A model generated the notes under the pieces. The model was not told the DNA's origin and made no database searches. It saw only the letters and a list, made by a program, of their open reading frames with translations. A stretch of 64,000 nucleotides of DNA, taken from Trichoplax adhaerens (lineage: Eukaryota > Animalia > Placozoa). Positions 42,201 through 54,549 of the stretch are shown piece by piece. The stretch lies in NCBI RefSeq assembly GCF_000150275.1, contig NW_002060945.1:7631684-7695683 (forward strand), in the 5' to 3' direction. Position 1 is the first letter of the stretch; every line of letters begins with the position of its first letter. The position numbers were made by a program, and so were the translations under genes.

Positions 42201-45200
42201 AAAATATTCTAATAATGCTATTAGCCATGATGGGATACCTTGTGGTCATTGGAGACTCATTTACCAGATCATTTCATCATTTAGGTGAGGATTACGCTCA
42301 GCTTTTATCATTTTCTAATTTAGCATTCTGATATTTTTCCACAACAACCACTTTAATAACTGACTATATCAATTCAAGATGATGGAACCGTTGTCCTACA
42401 AGATAGACGCTTTATTATTAGCATGGCGATGTTGATTATTGCACCACTGTGTTTTTTTAAACGCTTGAAAGACTTAGGAGTGGTAAGCATAAATTCTAAT
42501 GCTACGTGAATGGAGAAGAAGTAATCATCCATTAGCAATAATTATTTCGATCTTCTTGGCATGTTGCTTTACTTGCAACTGTTTTCATTCTATTAGCTTA
42601 TTTAATAAGCAATTAAAGTATATCAAATACTAAAAAATAGAGCAAGTATTTTATATAGCCGCCCTTGATTATCTAGGTATCGATGATTTCCTTAATATGT
42701 TTAGCCGTCTTAGTGCTGGCAGTTCTTATCCGTATGTCGACATTGAAACCGCTAATGTAAGTAGAACTTTATTGCTATCTAGTCTATCTAGCTATCCCAT
42801 CATAATTGTTATACTATGCCTTGGTTTGATAGCCCAGAAACTCCTCACGCTTGGCAGTTTGCTACTCTCAATATTCCGCAGGCTATTGGAATTACTGCAT
42901 TTGGTATGGCATAATATTAGGCTTAGGATATAATTAAAGCAAAGCCATGGCTAGTACAATTTAAGATGCTGTTACTAAAACATGAGTTATCATTACGTGT
43001 TGTTCAATTCCATTTAGAATTGCATCGATGAACTCAAGGCTTGTGATTTATTGTAATATCTTCAATTTAGGTTTTGTTTGGCATCACAACACATTCCTAA
43101 TTTACAACTCTTTGAAAAGTAATAGCATGGACAGATTTAATGCAATATCGCATGTTTCCATCTCAACAGCACTGGTATTTATGCTTCTTCTTGGCATGGT
43201 TGGTTATATTACATTCACAGGAAACACTCAAGGTACACTAAGCTAAGGGTTATTGTCAATATATACAAGCTAATACAAACTAAATAACCCTTACTATTTC
43301 TAACTTTATGAATAATTGTCAATTTTATAACATTTATGGTAATCCATAGGTATCTACCTGTATGCAGCCTAGAATTGAGCTAGCTATAACCAAGTTTAAC
43401 AAGACATTTAAGAGAACAAATATATAGGCTGAATGCTCTAATATTTTTAAAAGATTTTATAGCATTTTAGCCGTCACCAATTTCACAAAATTATGGTTTT
43501 TGTCTCATTTTCTAGCGGATATTTTGGAGAATTATTGTGATGATGATATTCTCATCATTGTGAGCCGATGTTGTTATGCTATCTCTATGATGTTAACTTA
43601 TCCAATAGAATGTTTCGTATGTAGAAACGTAAGTACTTGTCACTTCAATAGAGTAATATTGAGAGTGGATATGGCAATGGAATCTATAGGATATTTTAAA
43701 TTAGTTAGCAAGTTCTAATTCACTATTGCTTTAAAATCGGATTTTCTAAAGGTAATCTTAGAATCTATCAAATTTTCAGAGTTAGAGAGAGAATTAATGA
43801 TATGAATATTGACGTCTATAGATAATTTGCACCATCTTGAAGGCCTTGACCATTATCGACTGTTGAATTTTACATTTATAGATTATACAGATTGCTTTCT
43901 TTAGCAATGCAAGAGATTCTATTTGGAGGCACTGCATTATTACAGCATTAATTATTTTAGGTACTCTACCGGTACCTTTGATTACCAGGTGTCTTGGATT
44001 TGTTCTTGAGCTAAATGTAAGCTCAAAAATGATGTATTTGAGTATTAATCTATCGCAAGATATAAAATTTTTCTAACGATAAATTGCTGTATTTCTTAAT
44101 AGGGAATCATTGCTGCAACACCTTTAGGTAATATTATAATCAACTACTGAAGCGAAGATCTAAATAATACCTTTACACTATGATTTAGTCTTGATAAACC
44201 TAAATTATATATAGTAAACACAGACAATGTTACTTCCATTGCGAGCCTATAGGTTTGACTTTGCAAAGTTAAGTAAATTGCTATTGCATTTCTATGAACA
44301 ATATATTGCTCAGGCGTTGGGAAAGAGCTAACAGCTACGCATGCGAGTAATAACCACATTTGAAGTGTACTTGTAGATTAAGATCCTTTAACTCTCCCTA
44401 GTGTACCTATTTTATTGTGTGGGATGATCCATATGTCGATGGATTGAATAGCCTACCTTAGATTACCATGATATTTAGCTCGTTTAGTGCACATGCTTTA
44501 TTGTACCTTTCTATAGACGATCGAAGTGGATAGATTGATTTACTATAGACTGATATCATATTTCGCCAAAACTTGTTTATGTCCTTATCATAATAATTGG
44601 GGGTAGGATGGTGGTTATGGATAGGGTTTGAAGCGAAGTTCTAAGTAATTTGCACTACTTATGCGAGTAAATACAGCAAATACTAGAGTATACTACGTTA
44701 ATATATACGTGTACTTTGATCAATTTTAATATCTCACTAAAGTACACTAAAGGTGAGCTAAATCACTTTTAAGATTATCGGAGTTTATGTATTTGATTGA
44801 ATTAGGATTGTCGTGCCACAATAACTAATCACGATTCATTGCATGAGTTACTTCCTGAGCTAACGTCTGTTGAGTGTAGATCATTTAGGTGGAGACAGTG
44901 GATACTTGTATGGATTCTTCAACTATATATTAAAATTATGGCTACACGTACCACTATCACATTAACAAAATATAATCCCATTATTGCTTTCTATTTCAGT
45001 ATTTCTTTTCCCTCCAGCTTGCTTTATCAAACTCTCCACAAAATCAAACTTTTCTGTTGAAAAGGTACTTTCTGTGATTATTATCGCCATTGGAATTGGA
45101 ATAGTTGTAATTGGACTACTTGTCATGTGGTTAGACTTGGACGGTTGCAATAATTATGATCGCCATTGGTCATGGTGTAATATTAGCATGATCAGCATTA

Positions 45201-45217
45201 ATGGTACGAATGATTAA
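39299..45217 (+). CDS. SLC38A11: SLC38A11-like amino acid transporter, paralog 3 (15 coding exons, 508 aa)
   Basis: Exons 39299-39523, 40216-40251, 40356-40443, 40533-40607, 41226-41284, 41984-42059, 42225-42284, 42379-42482, 42677-42756, 42833-42903 (49+22 fused), 43071-43232, 43516-43628, 43882-44016, 44103-44127, 45000-45217. In frame, 1527 nt; motifs ADILENYC, LTYPIECFVCR and CLGFVLELNG. Confidence 0.92.
40675..41035. repeat. Intronic tandem repeat, ~150 bp unit, about 2.5 copies
   Basis: aatttccttctttat.aat...ctaatgcct..gcattaa.caag...agaatataatg...atagacgc repeated. Confidence 0.75.
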
Positions 45218-46244
45218 ATGAAGTTTTAAATTCATTAAGAGCTTCCATAATGCAATTAGACAGTTATTTCCAGCTTTATTTTAATAGCTTTCACAATAAC
45301 ACTCATCAAAATTATTAACTGAAAATGATATTACTAATAGTAGCTAACATATATTTCTCAGTACTTGTTTTACACAGTCGAAAGTAAAAACTTTCGCTTT
45401 TACTAATGTGTCATTGCTAACATCAAGAAACTGGTTTAAAAGAGTACATCTTTTAAATATACCGATTGCCATTATCACCCAACAATTTCTATATACGAGT
45501 AGGTTACCGTATGTATCACTATACAAGTATACGAATATTTGAAAATACAGTTCTCCAGAGAAGAAAGGCTATATTCAATTTTGCAGATGTGATATCGTTC
45601 CAAAGGATAGATATGTCCTACTTAGATTAAACAGAATATAAATTGGTGTGTGAGTCAGTGCAAAGATAGAAATTAATTAACATTAGAGAATACAAAGATA
45701 AATCTTTATTATATTTGTGTTTTTGGTGAATGGTATTGTAATGTTAGCTTTGGATCTGTTATTAAATCAATAAAAACTACTAATGTAACATTTTCTAGAC
45801 GATGTTTATTACTGTTCATAATATGAATTTTATTTGGTGATATAATCTACAATACAGAATAATAATATAGATTGTATCCACAATACGATAATATGTAATC
45901 TTCAAGACAGTATTGCCAAGAGTTTAGTAAAATTCCTAAGTCGCTAACGAGTACTTCTTTATACTGCTCCGTATGCTTAGTAGAGCAAACAAAAAAGACT
46001 GGAATAGTTCCAATGAAAAGTAGTAATGATAAATTCTGTATGCCAACAACAACTACTACAGTATATACGTAGACTGGTGATAAGCATAATAAAGCATCAA
46101 ATTTAATCATATATAGATGAGAATTGAACCTATCGTTGAAAAAGATTCATTTTCCTCAATCGATTAAGCTATTACGTAAGACTATTTGAAAGTCTGCTAC
46201 CTTTTTGTTAGCCTGCTTCGACGTCAATTTCACAGCATTTATGC

Positions 46245-47365
46245 TTAGGCATCTAAGAAAGTAATCAAACCACGATTATTTAGGGCAGCTTTATGTTATC
46301 AATAAGTAGCACTTACTTCCGTTTTGAATGTATTTGAATGGGTTTTTGTTCGCGTAATCGTAGCCAGGTTTTAAACCCTATATGACATAATACTACATTA
46401 GGCAATATTCATACTTTGATAAATGTCAATTTCAAGAGTTTTCTAGAACTAGTACAGTATTAGTATTGATACAATGGAGAAGACAATGCTCAACTTTGCT
46501 CATGTTATCATATTAACTTTACTTCAATTATCATTACCATTTCATCCAATCTTCGGACAAAAGCTTCAAAAAAAACCAACTCAACACGTTGGTCTGCAGG
46601 GTCTTTGTTGGTAGTGTTGTCTTTGACGATACGTTGTATTTTTTGAAGAATAGCAGTAGGTAATAAAATTAAATCTTCCTTGCCGGCAGACATAGCACTA
46701 TATTGCATTTCACAAGCAGACATGAAAAAGTAAGCTCCAGAGAAAGCTTCTTCTACACTTTTACCGGCCGCTAAGAAACCATGATTTCTCAAGAGTAATA
46801 CATTTTTATCACCAATATCTTCAACGATACTTTTTCTTTCATTTTCATCGACAGCAATGCCCTGATAATCATGATAACCAATTGGTCCAGGTATCAATGA
46901 ATCCTGCGTCAGTGGTAAATAACCGGTTTTGGTGGATCCAATTGCAGTAGCTTTGGAAGTATGTAAATGGATAGCACAAACAACGTCCTTTCTTCCCATA
47001 TGGATTGCTGAGTGGATAACATAGCCAGCCATATTAATGTTAAAGTGAGTAGAGCCAGGATCAATGACATTACCATGTTCATCTACTTTGATAAAGCAAG
47101 AAGCAGTCATTTCATCGAAAAGCAAACCGAAAGGATTAATCAAGAAATGATCTTTATCTTGCGATACACGAGCACTAATATGATTGAAGATGCTATCATT
47201 CCAGCCCATTAAAGCGACAACCCGATATAAACATGCTAGTTTGATACGTAATTCTTTTTCGCCTTCTTCATATTTTGAAGTATCTACACCAAGGTCGTAA
47301 TCATTGATTGGTCTTTTGGAGTAAAAAGTGACAAAAGGGGATGGAAATCCTTGGAAAGATTGCAT
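46245..47365 (-). CDS. Adducin-family / class II aldolase-fold protein, head domain only (~298 aa)
   Basis: Exon 1 47365-46538 (first in-frame ATG after an upstream stop), exon 2 46377-46317 (GLKPGYDYANKNPFKYIQNG), probable tiny last exon 46252-46245. Adducin-like motifs: PIND..YEEGEKELRIKLACLYR..GW..IFNHISARV, FLINPFGLLFDEMTAS, HSAIH..IHLHT, LLRNHG and FEAFVRRLDEMGLKPGY. The last exon is less certain; read-through of intron 2 would give GSKCYLLIT*. Confidence 0.85.
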
Positions 47366-47479
47366 GTTGAAAAATTGAGTGGAGAATTGGTGCAAGTTAT
47401 GCGTGCAGCTTGGACTTTGTTTGATGCGTTAATTGCGAGAGCTTGATGAGAAAAGGAACGATTATGGCAATGTTGACGA

Positions 47480-47485
47480 TTTATA
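47480..47485 (-). promoter_or_regulatory. Candidate TATA box of the adducin-like gene
   Basis: TATAAA on the - strand about 30 nt upstream of a pyrimidine-rich initiator-like tract (ttccttttctcatc, ~47445-47458) and about 115 nt upstream of the ATG. Confidence 0.4.
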
Positions 47486-48549
47486 TAATATCCTACTTAT
47501 CATGATTGAACACTGTCAATACTGTCTCATTGTAAGCTGTTCTATACACTATACTACGTTGACTAGAGTAGCAAAGGTTTGCATGGGGTTTTTCCGTCGG
47601 AAAATGTCAGCAGATCCTTGAACTTTGACATCTACGGACTGGCGTACAATAGGATTGCATCGAGGGCGGATGCAACTAGATGCAATCATTAATTCGTATT
47701 ATATACTAGTAAGGTTTAAATAAAGCTAAGGTATGCTAAGGTTGGGCTGTACTTTTATCAGCATGATTTTCACCAAGGCAACCCCGAGGCCATCTTGCTG
47801 ACACCGCCTACAGGTACTGTACATTTCAATAGTGTACAATACGGCTAGGTACCATGATGGACTTTAGAAATGGCCGCCTTGTTTAAGCAGCCTAAAAAGT
47901 GTGATGCAATCGGATAGACTACTAAAATCTGCAATTATTGTCATCATCGATGGTACGAGAGTTTGCTTATTTGAATTGAAAAGCCTTTTTGGACTACTAC
48001 AGAATGGCTGCTTATGGTAGTATCGACACTATACTTCCTTTTTGTCTGCATCGTGTACTCAGAGTTTACCTCATTTTGAAATCTTGATTTTGCATACAAG
48101 CCCGTACTGTATGTCGTTCCTTGTTGAGTGGAAATTATTATGTTGTTGTTTACATTCATCTAATTAAACAAACTCGAAAGGTTAAAGGTTTTTGCTTAAC
48201 CTTTCTCGCTCTTCTGTACAATACCAGGACATCATACTATAATCCGTGGGCTGCTCAATATACTGTATAGCAGTATATCAGTTACACGGTGCAATATTCA
48301 ATGACTTATTGTCGATTGAGTTCTAAGTAGACATTTTAATTAATGTTTTTCTCAACGCAACAGAAAATAATACATGTATCTACACAATCAATACTCAATT
48401 AATACTGTAGTTCTACATCTGATTTACAATATTTATTGATTATAAATATCATTTGAGTACTATATGTGTATAGCTGTACGCAAAACTACTGTAATTAGCT
48501 GAAATCACGACAGTAGTCCATGATTTGTACCGGACATGTACATTAATGT

Positions 48550-49045
48550 TTCTCGATTGGAACAAAAAATAAAACATGTTTCTGCACGGCAAGTACTCAA
48601 TATACTGTACGTATTTGTAAGCGTCAAAAAATAGGCATTACAGCCAATAAATTGTGGTGCTTACGACAGGCCAGGTAAATGCGGTGTATAAATTCAGTCA
48701 AATAGTATATTGTAAGATCATCGACCTTCGCTTTCGAGCGATTGGGCTGTAGGTTAGTTTATTAACATATTATTTGAGCATGTATGTAGTCCATCATTCT
48801 ACCAGATATGTAAATCAATATTCTCGATTGGAACAAAAAATAGAACATGTTTCTGCACAGTCAATACTCAGTAGACGCATAGAGTACTGCACCAAGTATA
48901 CGAGTACAGTATTCCATTTATTATACAGTCAATATCATTAGAGTGTGGATGTACGAGTTAGGGGTTCGCAATCAGCGAATATTCGATCTTGATATGTAAA
49001 GTAATGTTGCTCTATTGGAATAGGAAATAAAATATGTTTCTGCAA
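48550..49045. repeat. ~40-50 bp element in 3 spaced copies
   Basis: ttctcgattggaacaaaaaata(a/g)aacatgtttctgcac at 48550 and 48821, with a degenerate copy near 49010. Confidence 0.7.
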
Positions 49046-49145
49046 GTATCCTTATAATTTGCTGAAGATGTTAAACTTCAATGCGATCGCCAATATTCGC
49101 AGATACAAGAGACTTCTTTAGCGGAATGTGAAAGCACTGGTAATG

Positions 49146-49525
49146 ACACGAGCAATCGAGCATATTATGGATAACTTTCTAGGCAAGTGATGTCTCTTTC
49201 AGACACTTTCAACTGTATTAAAGTACCATAGAGATAAAATAGTAATACGAGCATATTATGGATAACTTTCTAGGCCAGTGATGTCTCTTTAAGACACTTT
49301 CAACGGTATTAAGCTACCAGAGAGATAAAATAATAGCACGAGCAATCGAGCATATTATGGATAACTTTCTAGGCAAGTGATGCCTCTTTCAGACACTTTC
49401 AACTGTATTAAGCTACCAGAGAGATAAAATAATAACATGAGCAATCGAGCATATTATGGATAACTTTCTAGGCAAGTGGTGCCTCTTTCAGACACTTTCA
49501 ACTGTATTAAAATACCAGAGATAAA
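49146..49525. repeat. Young tandem array, ~99 bp unit, 4 copies
   Basis: catattatggataactttctagg anchor at 49161, 49252, 49351 and 49450 (periods 91, 99, 99); copies are nearly identical. Confidence 0.95.
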
Positions 49526-50289
49526 AAGAAACAGCAATACTTTCATCTCTTTGGTATTTACTCCAATATTCATAACAAAACTATCGACAGGTGTAGCTAG
49601 CACTCAGGACTTTAGCAAAGTATGATTAAGTAATCTAAAGCTCTTTAACTGACTATGATGCAAGTATCTGCGGTACAGCGATCCCTTCATCGGTTATGCT
49701 GAACCGTTTTAAAATACGCATGCTTTTAGTAAATTGACTAGACATCATTATATCAACAAATCCCTGGTTTTCATTTCAATAATATATAACATCCTGATCG
49801 GTAATACGAACTAATACGCGTTAATGGCACTTGTTAGTTTAAAGTTGAGCAGTCATTCATTAAAAGCATACTGTACTAACAGGAGTTTCAGTTCTTTATG
49901 AATTGTATTACTGAACTGTAAGTTATAAAATTTGAATTAATAGTGTAGTTGCTAGTGTATATAAATGACCAACATCCGCAAATCCAGCGTTAGAAATCAG
50001 CTTAAATCAATTTCATAGTTTATTTTTTAATTTTATTCCATTCTTAATGGGCATTACAAGTCTTATATCTCGACGACAGATAAAATAGAACTACTAAATA
50101 GTTGTAGGTGCTTAAGATAATGAAATGCAACAACGCGATTTTTTAATTAATCATTCACTTAGAATTGCCATGTTATTGCTATAAGATGTAGTTATCAACT
50201 AGATAGAAATTTTTGTATTTACATTTATAGTACAATTGCAGTTTGAAAGTTTAGGCTTAGTAGTGAACTTCTTCACTTAGGTCCAGCTA

Positions 50290-53018
50290 CTAGGAACTTG
50301 ATGGGACGTCTATGGGTTCATTGCTACCTTTATACGCAAATTCTAGTGATTTGCAAACAACTTGCATATCATTCTCGATGGTTTTTGCCCAATTCTCTAC
50401 ATCTCCAATTTCCTAGTGAAGTAAGCATAACATTATTAGCGATGCTTCAATGGAGAAACCATCAGAATAATTGAAGATGGAGTCGATAATAGTAGCATAT
50501 CCGCAGTTGTATTGTGTTTTCTTACACGAAACGGCAGTGTGTAATATAGGGGTATAATCGGACGAAAATTATGTAGATGGGTTTATACTAATAAGCCAGA
50601 TATTAGGCAGTATTGATATACCGTGATAAAAGCAGTAGGCAGTTGAAAGGACGATATGCTGAATTCAATAAATATTGCAAATACGAGTACCTTTAAGGAT
50701 TGATTAAAGCCATCCACCAGTCCCATCCATTGTGATGCAACTTTACTGTACTCAGCTGTAAGCGATAAAAATATAATGTTCAAGATATTAATAATTCAGA
50801 GATTTCGCAGTTACGAAGTAGTTTATATAATATTTCTGAACTGTAATTATTCCGTAAATATTGAAATAAAAGGTAATTTCAAGTCATAGTAGTAGCAGTA
50901 GCTGGCTTTGTATAAAAAAACTAGACTTGGAAAGGTGCAGCAGAAACAACTTACAGGAAAGGAACAATTTTACCTGTATGAATTTGTAACTGCTTCAATT
51001 CTTGATCCAGTTTCTTTTGATTTTGGTATGCTGTCGCAACACTAATACATCAGGAAATAGTTAGATTCGAGATTTTAGTAATATTACAATTACTATATTT
51101 AAAATAAATTCAAAGTCTATGCTGCAAAAAAGTAAAGAAAGAGGATTCCAGATTGCTCATGGAGTAAGAAATAGCGCTAAATCATTATTAATTAATTACA
51201 CAAGAGAGAATATGCGTGTATACCCTGTATTCATTTTATCTACCAAGGCATTTCCAAAGGCTACGCAAGATTCCATTGCTTCTTTTTTCAACTTTTCTGT
51301 AAATCGTAAAATAAGTATCTGTATCAATCAACTTTAACCAAATTGAGACAGGTCAAGGTTGTAGAAAATTGTATCCACTAGGGTTATAAAATCGTAACTG
51401 TACTAACTACTGTGGGTCCTTAGCAGACTATAGCATACTCGTATCGTGGTATTAGATTGAAATTTTTGTAACAGTTTGGAAAGATGTAAACGACGGCGTT
51501 CCATAGAAAGTGAATTTATTTTCGAGAGTTAAATCAAGTTCATTGGGATATGCAATTCCAGTTTACATCAGTTGTGATTTGATGAGTGCGGATAAGTCAA
51601 AATATATAGCGTAGTAATTAATTTAATTATTTATAAGAACATTTTCAGGTATCAAACGCAGTTAGACTTATCGATTTGCTGCAAATTCTCTAACAGACTG
51701 ATGTAATCTGGCTAAGAATGGCGTAAACGTTATACATGCTGTGTATTTGAATACTGAGTGAACGATATTACAACTACTACGTACGCGTGTTCGAGTACTG
51801 TATATTGTACACAGCAAGCATACTAAGCGTGACTATTTTTAAGGTTGAAAACGTTCTTAGGAATAACTGTCATAAAAAATATATTTAACAGCAAATATAT
51901 ACTTGTATACAGTATAGTTTAAACAACTTCATTGAACTTTGAAACTGTGCCATTATGGCAGGTAGATTGAATATATTATTAAAGAAGGTAATTGATTGAT
52001 GCTTGTTCATCAGTTTACACGATAGCGTATTACTTAATCTCTTACCTTGGTTTGCAATTGTAAAATTAGGAAATGACAGTTGGACTGCTAACTATTGTAC
52101 TGCAGATATACAGTATATAACATAGGCAGTTTTAATGGCATATCAGCATATACTGTACTGTGCAGTTTGCTGTTGAGAAAACAGATAGGATGGGTACTAG
52201 GTGAATTGCAATCTGCCGATGTCAACGATGCTTATTAAATATTCGTAGAATGTTCATTGGTTAGCATTCTTGAGTTCGAATTGTACGATAAGATATCGTC
52301 GAAATATTCCACTATTTCAAAGTTTAGAAGATAATCTTCCCTTGTACCTGACTGAACTATTCCTTAGTCGTGATATATTCTGTAGACTGTCTTTTTAGAA
52401 ATGCATCAAGTCTTGGAGGTGTTTCCTGGAATTCACTATGTCATTTATGTTTTGAATTGTACGTACAAGTGTATTACTTTTTATTCGTTCGATTGTTTAC
52501 CAGGCTAAAATGAATTCTTCCCATGTGCATCACTAAACTATTCTTTAGTTGTGATATATCTTATAGGCTGTCAATTCATTATTTTAGACATATTTGTAGC
52601 AAGAGGTATTTCATGGAATTGGATATCATCCTGCCATTTAATATTGTTTTTAATTCATTGTCATTATCCATACGAATACATCACTTTGTCCACTTACTAC
52701 ACGATATGATATTACTGATAGATTGAATTGATGAAATGATCCTTGAATTATTTTACTCTCTGAACGGAATGAACTGATGAAATGACAGGATTCACGGCTA
52801 GTACTCTGTTGTACGAAGGTTTATCCTAGAGAAAACTGCAGCCTGATCTAGTTCAATTGGTTTTGCCTTTCTACTCAACATGCCAGTTCGATATTGCCCA
52901 AATTGAAGTTGTATTGTATTGGGATAACAATATATCAAATAGACAGTAGTAATGCACCTTGCTCTTCCTTTGCAGCAGCTTGTTTAGCTTGATGCTTGCG
53001 TACAATATTGGATAGCAT
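50290..53018 (-). CDS. BLOC1S1: Biogenesis of lysosome-related organelles complex 1 subunit 1 (BLOS1/GCN5L1), 129 aa
   Basis: Exons 53018-52958, 51296-51224, 51041-50974, 50755-50691, 50412-50290 (390 nt). Protein MLSNIVRKHQAKQAAAKEEQEKLKKEA...ALVDKMNTGVATAYQNQKKLDQE...[30 protein letters not shown]...LEFAYKG carries the BLOC1S1 signature. Confidence 0.95.
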
Positions 53019-53094
53019 CTTCTCTTAATGGCCACCTCGTTGCTGTTGCAAAATGTTAGCGCTCGATTGCAAAAGCCAAAATCAATAATGCGAT

Positions 53095-53225
53095 AGTACA
53101 GTACAGGAGTTGATTCTGATGGTATCAAACCGAGCTATAATGATCATCTGCTACTGCATACAGTACTGTATACTGTACTACCAGAGTGAGTACCAATACA
53201 CTACAGTACTGTACACTGTACCGTT
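53095..53225. repeat. CAGTA/TACTG palindromic motif cluster just upstream of BLOC1S1
   Basis: gtacagtacag, tacagtactgtatactgta and tacagtactgtacactgta within 80-210 bp of the ATG. Confidence 0.75.
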
Positions 53226-54549
53226 ACCTTGCAACATTGACAATATGAATCAGTCCTTCCGAAGCACGGACGGACTACCTCAAAGAAAGTAAGAGAACAA
53301 ACAGGGTCCGTCTTCGTTGAATCCCAAATTTTGTGGAGACCAACTATTTTTATTGATCATCTCAAGTGAACAGTATGTCTGAAATGATCACTATATACTG
53401 CCCAGTGTCCACCATGGTCGTGTAAAATAATTAGCTGCTTGCTTTTAGTGGTAGTGCACAGTATAGTAGAATGAGCAGGAAAATAAATGATCAAGCCCCT
53501 CTCTATTTGGAAGTGCATACTATTGATCGTCCCTCTCTCTCTTTCTAGTAGTGTAGTTATGGTAGAACTCTACTGTAGAACTATAGAGATATCAAAAAAA
53601 AAAATAAAATACTGTATGAGTAGAACCCAATCGGCCACTGCTCTTCATACAGTGCTTCGCTTATTTGTTTACTTTACTGAGTCCAATACAGTACAGTGTT
53701 TCACTCATCAGTTTAGGGAATGTGGGTGTACCAAGACTCAGTATCGAAGAGAATTTGTATTCCAAAAGATATATAGATTCAAGGACAGATGAAGCTTTGA
53801 ATTACAATACACTAGATCAGTCTAGATGTAGTCTTCTCTTTTTGGTTAAGCAGTTCTGTGAAATAAGAACTTAGAAAAGTCATAAACGCCATTCTCACTT
53901 TATCGTTACCAGGCTTTCCTCAATGCATAAGTACCCCTTTGTTTCCTGCATCTAGTAGTTTTGATAAGAAAGTGAGGGACATCTTTTATCTTCATTTACA
54001 TATTCTATAAGGTGCCGCAAATTATAAATTACATTTGTTCTACTCGTATAAGTGATCCACTACAACACCATGGATTACTAAATCATCCACTAAATCATCC
54101 ATTGATTTAGTATAGTGCGTAATCGTGCACTGATCCCTTATCAATAATGTATTACTAGTAATCCCTGATACCTACTAGGTAACTCACTCTAAATAATTTA
54201 TTGGTACATTATTTATACAGTATACATTTCTATTTACGACTACACTGGAGATCTGGAAATGGAATGTAAAATGTTTAATCCAAATAATCAAGAAAAAAAA
54301 AGAATAATAAAAATAAAAATTGTTGCACTGTCCAATTTTCAAACATTAAATGCATCATGCAATTTAAATTGTACAAGGAGCTATAAACAGTCATCGTATA
54401 TGTAGCCAAATTTGAGCTACACAAATCGTCATAAGAGGCAGTTGCTTCAGGGACTGCTTGTAAAAACAAGATCTCAACGAATCAGTAAATTTCGTCCAGA
54501 ATAAATAATTAATTCGTTTATTTATTTTTTTTCTACATAGACAATATAC

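Noticed and set aside
47944-48159. Minus-strand ORF as a possible upstream adducin exon
   Set aside because: No similarity to adducin N-termini, and no strong acceptor lies between the in-frame stop (~47430) and the ATG at 47365.
51297-52957. Nested gene or cassette exon in BLOC1S1 intron 1 (donor-like sites near 52045 and 52697)
   Set aside because: No consistent multi-exon frame, weak acceptors, and part of the region is a degenerate ~190-bp duplication.
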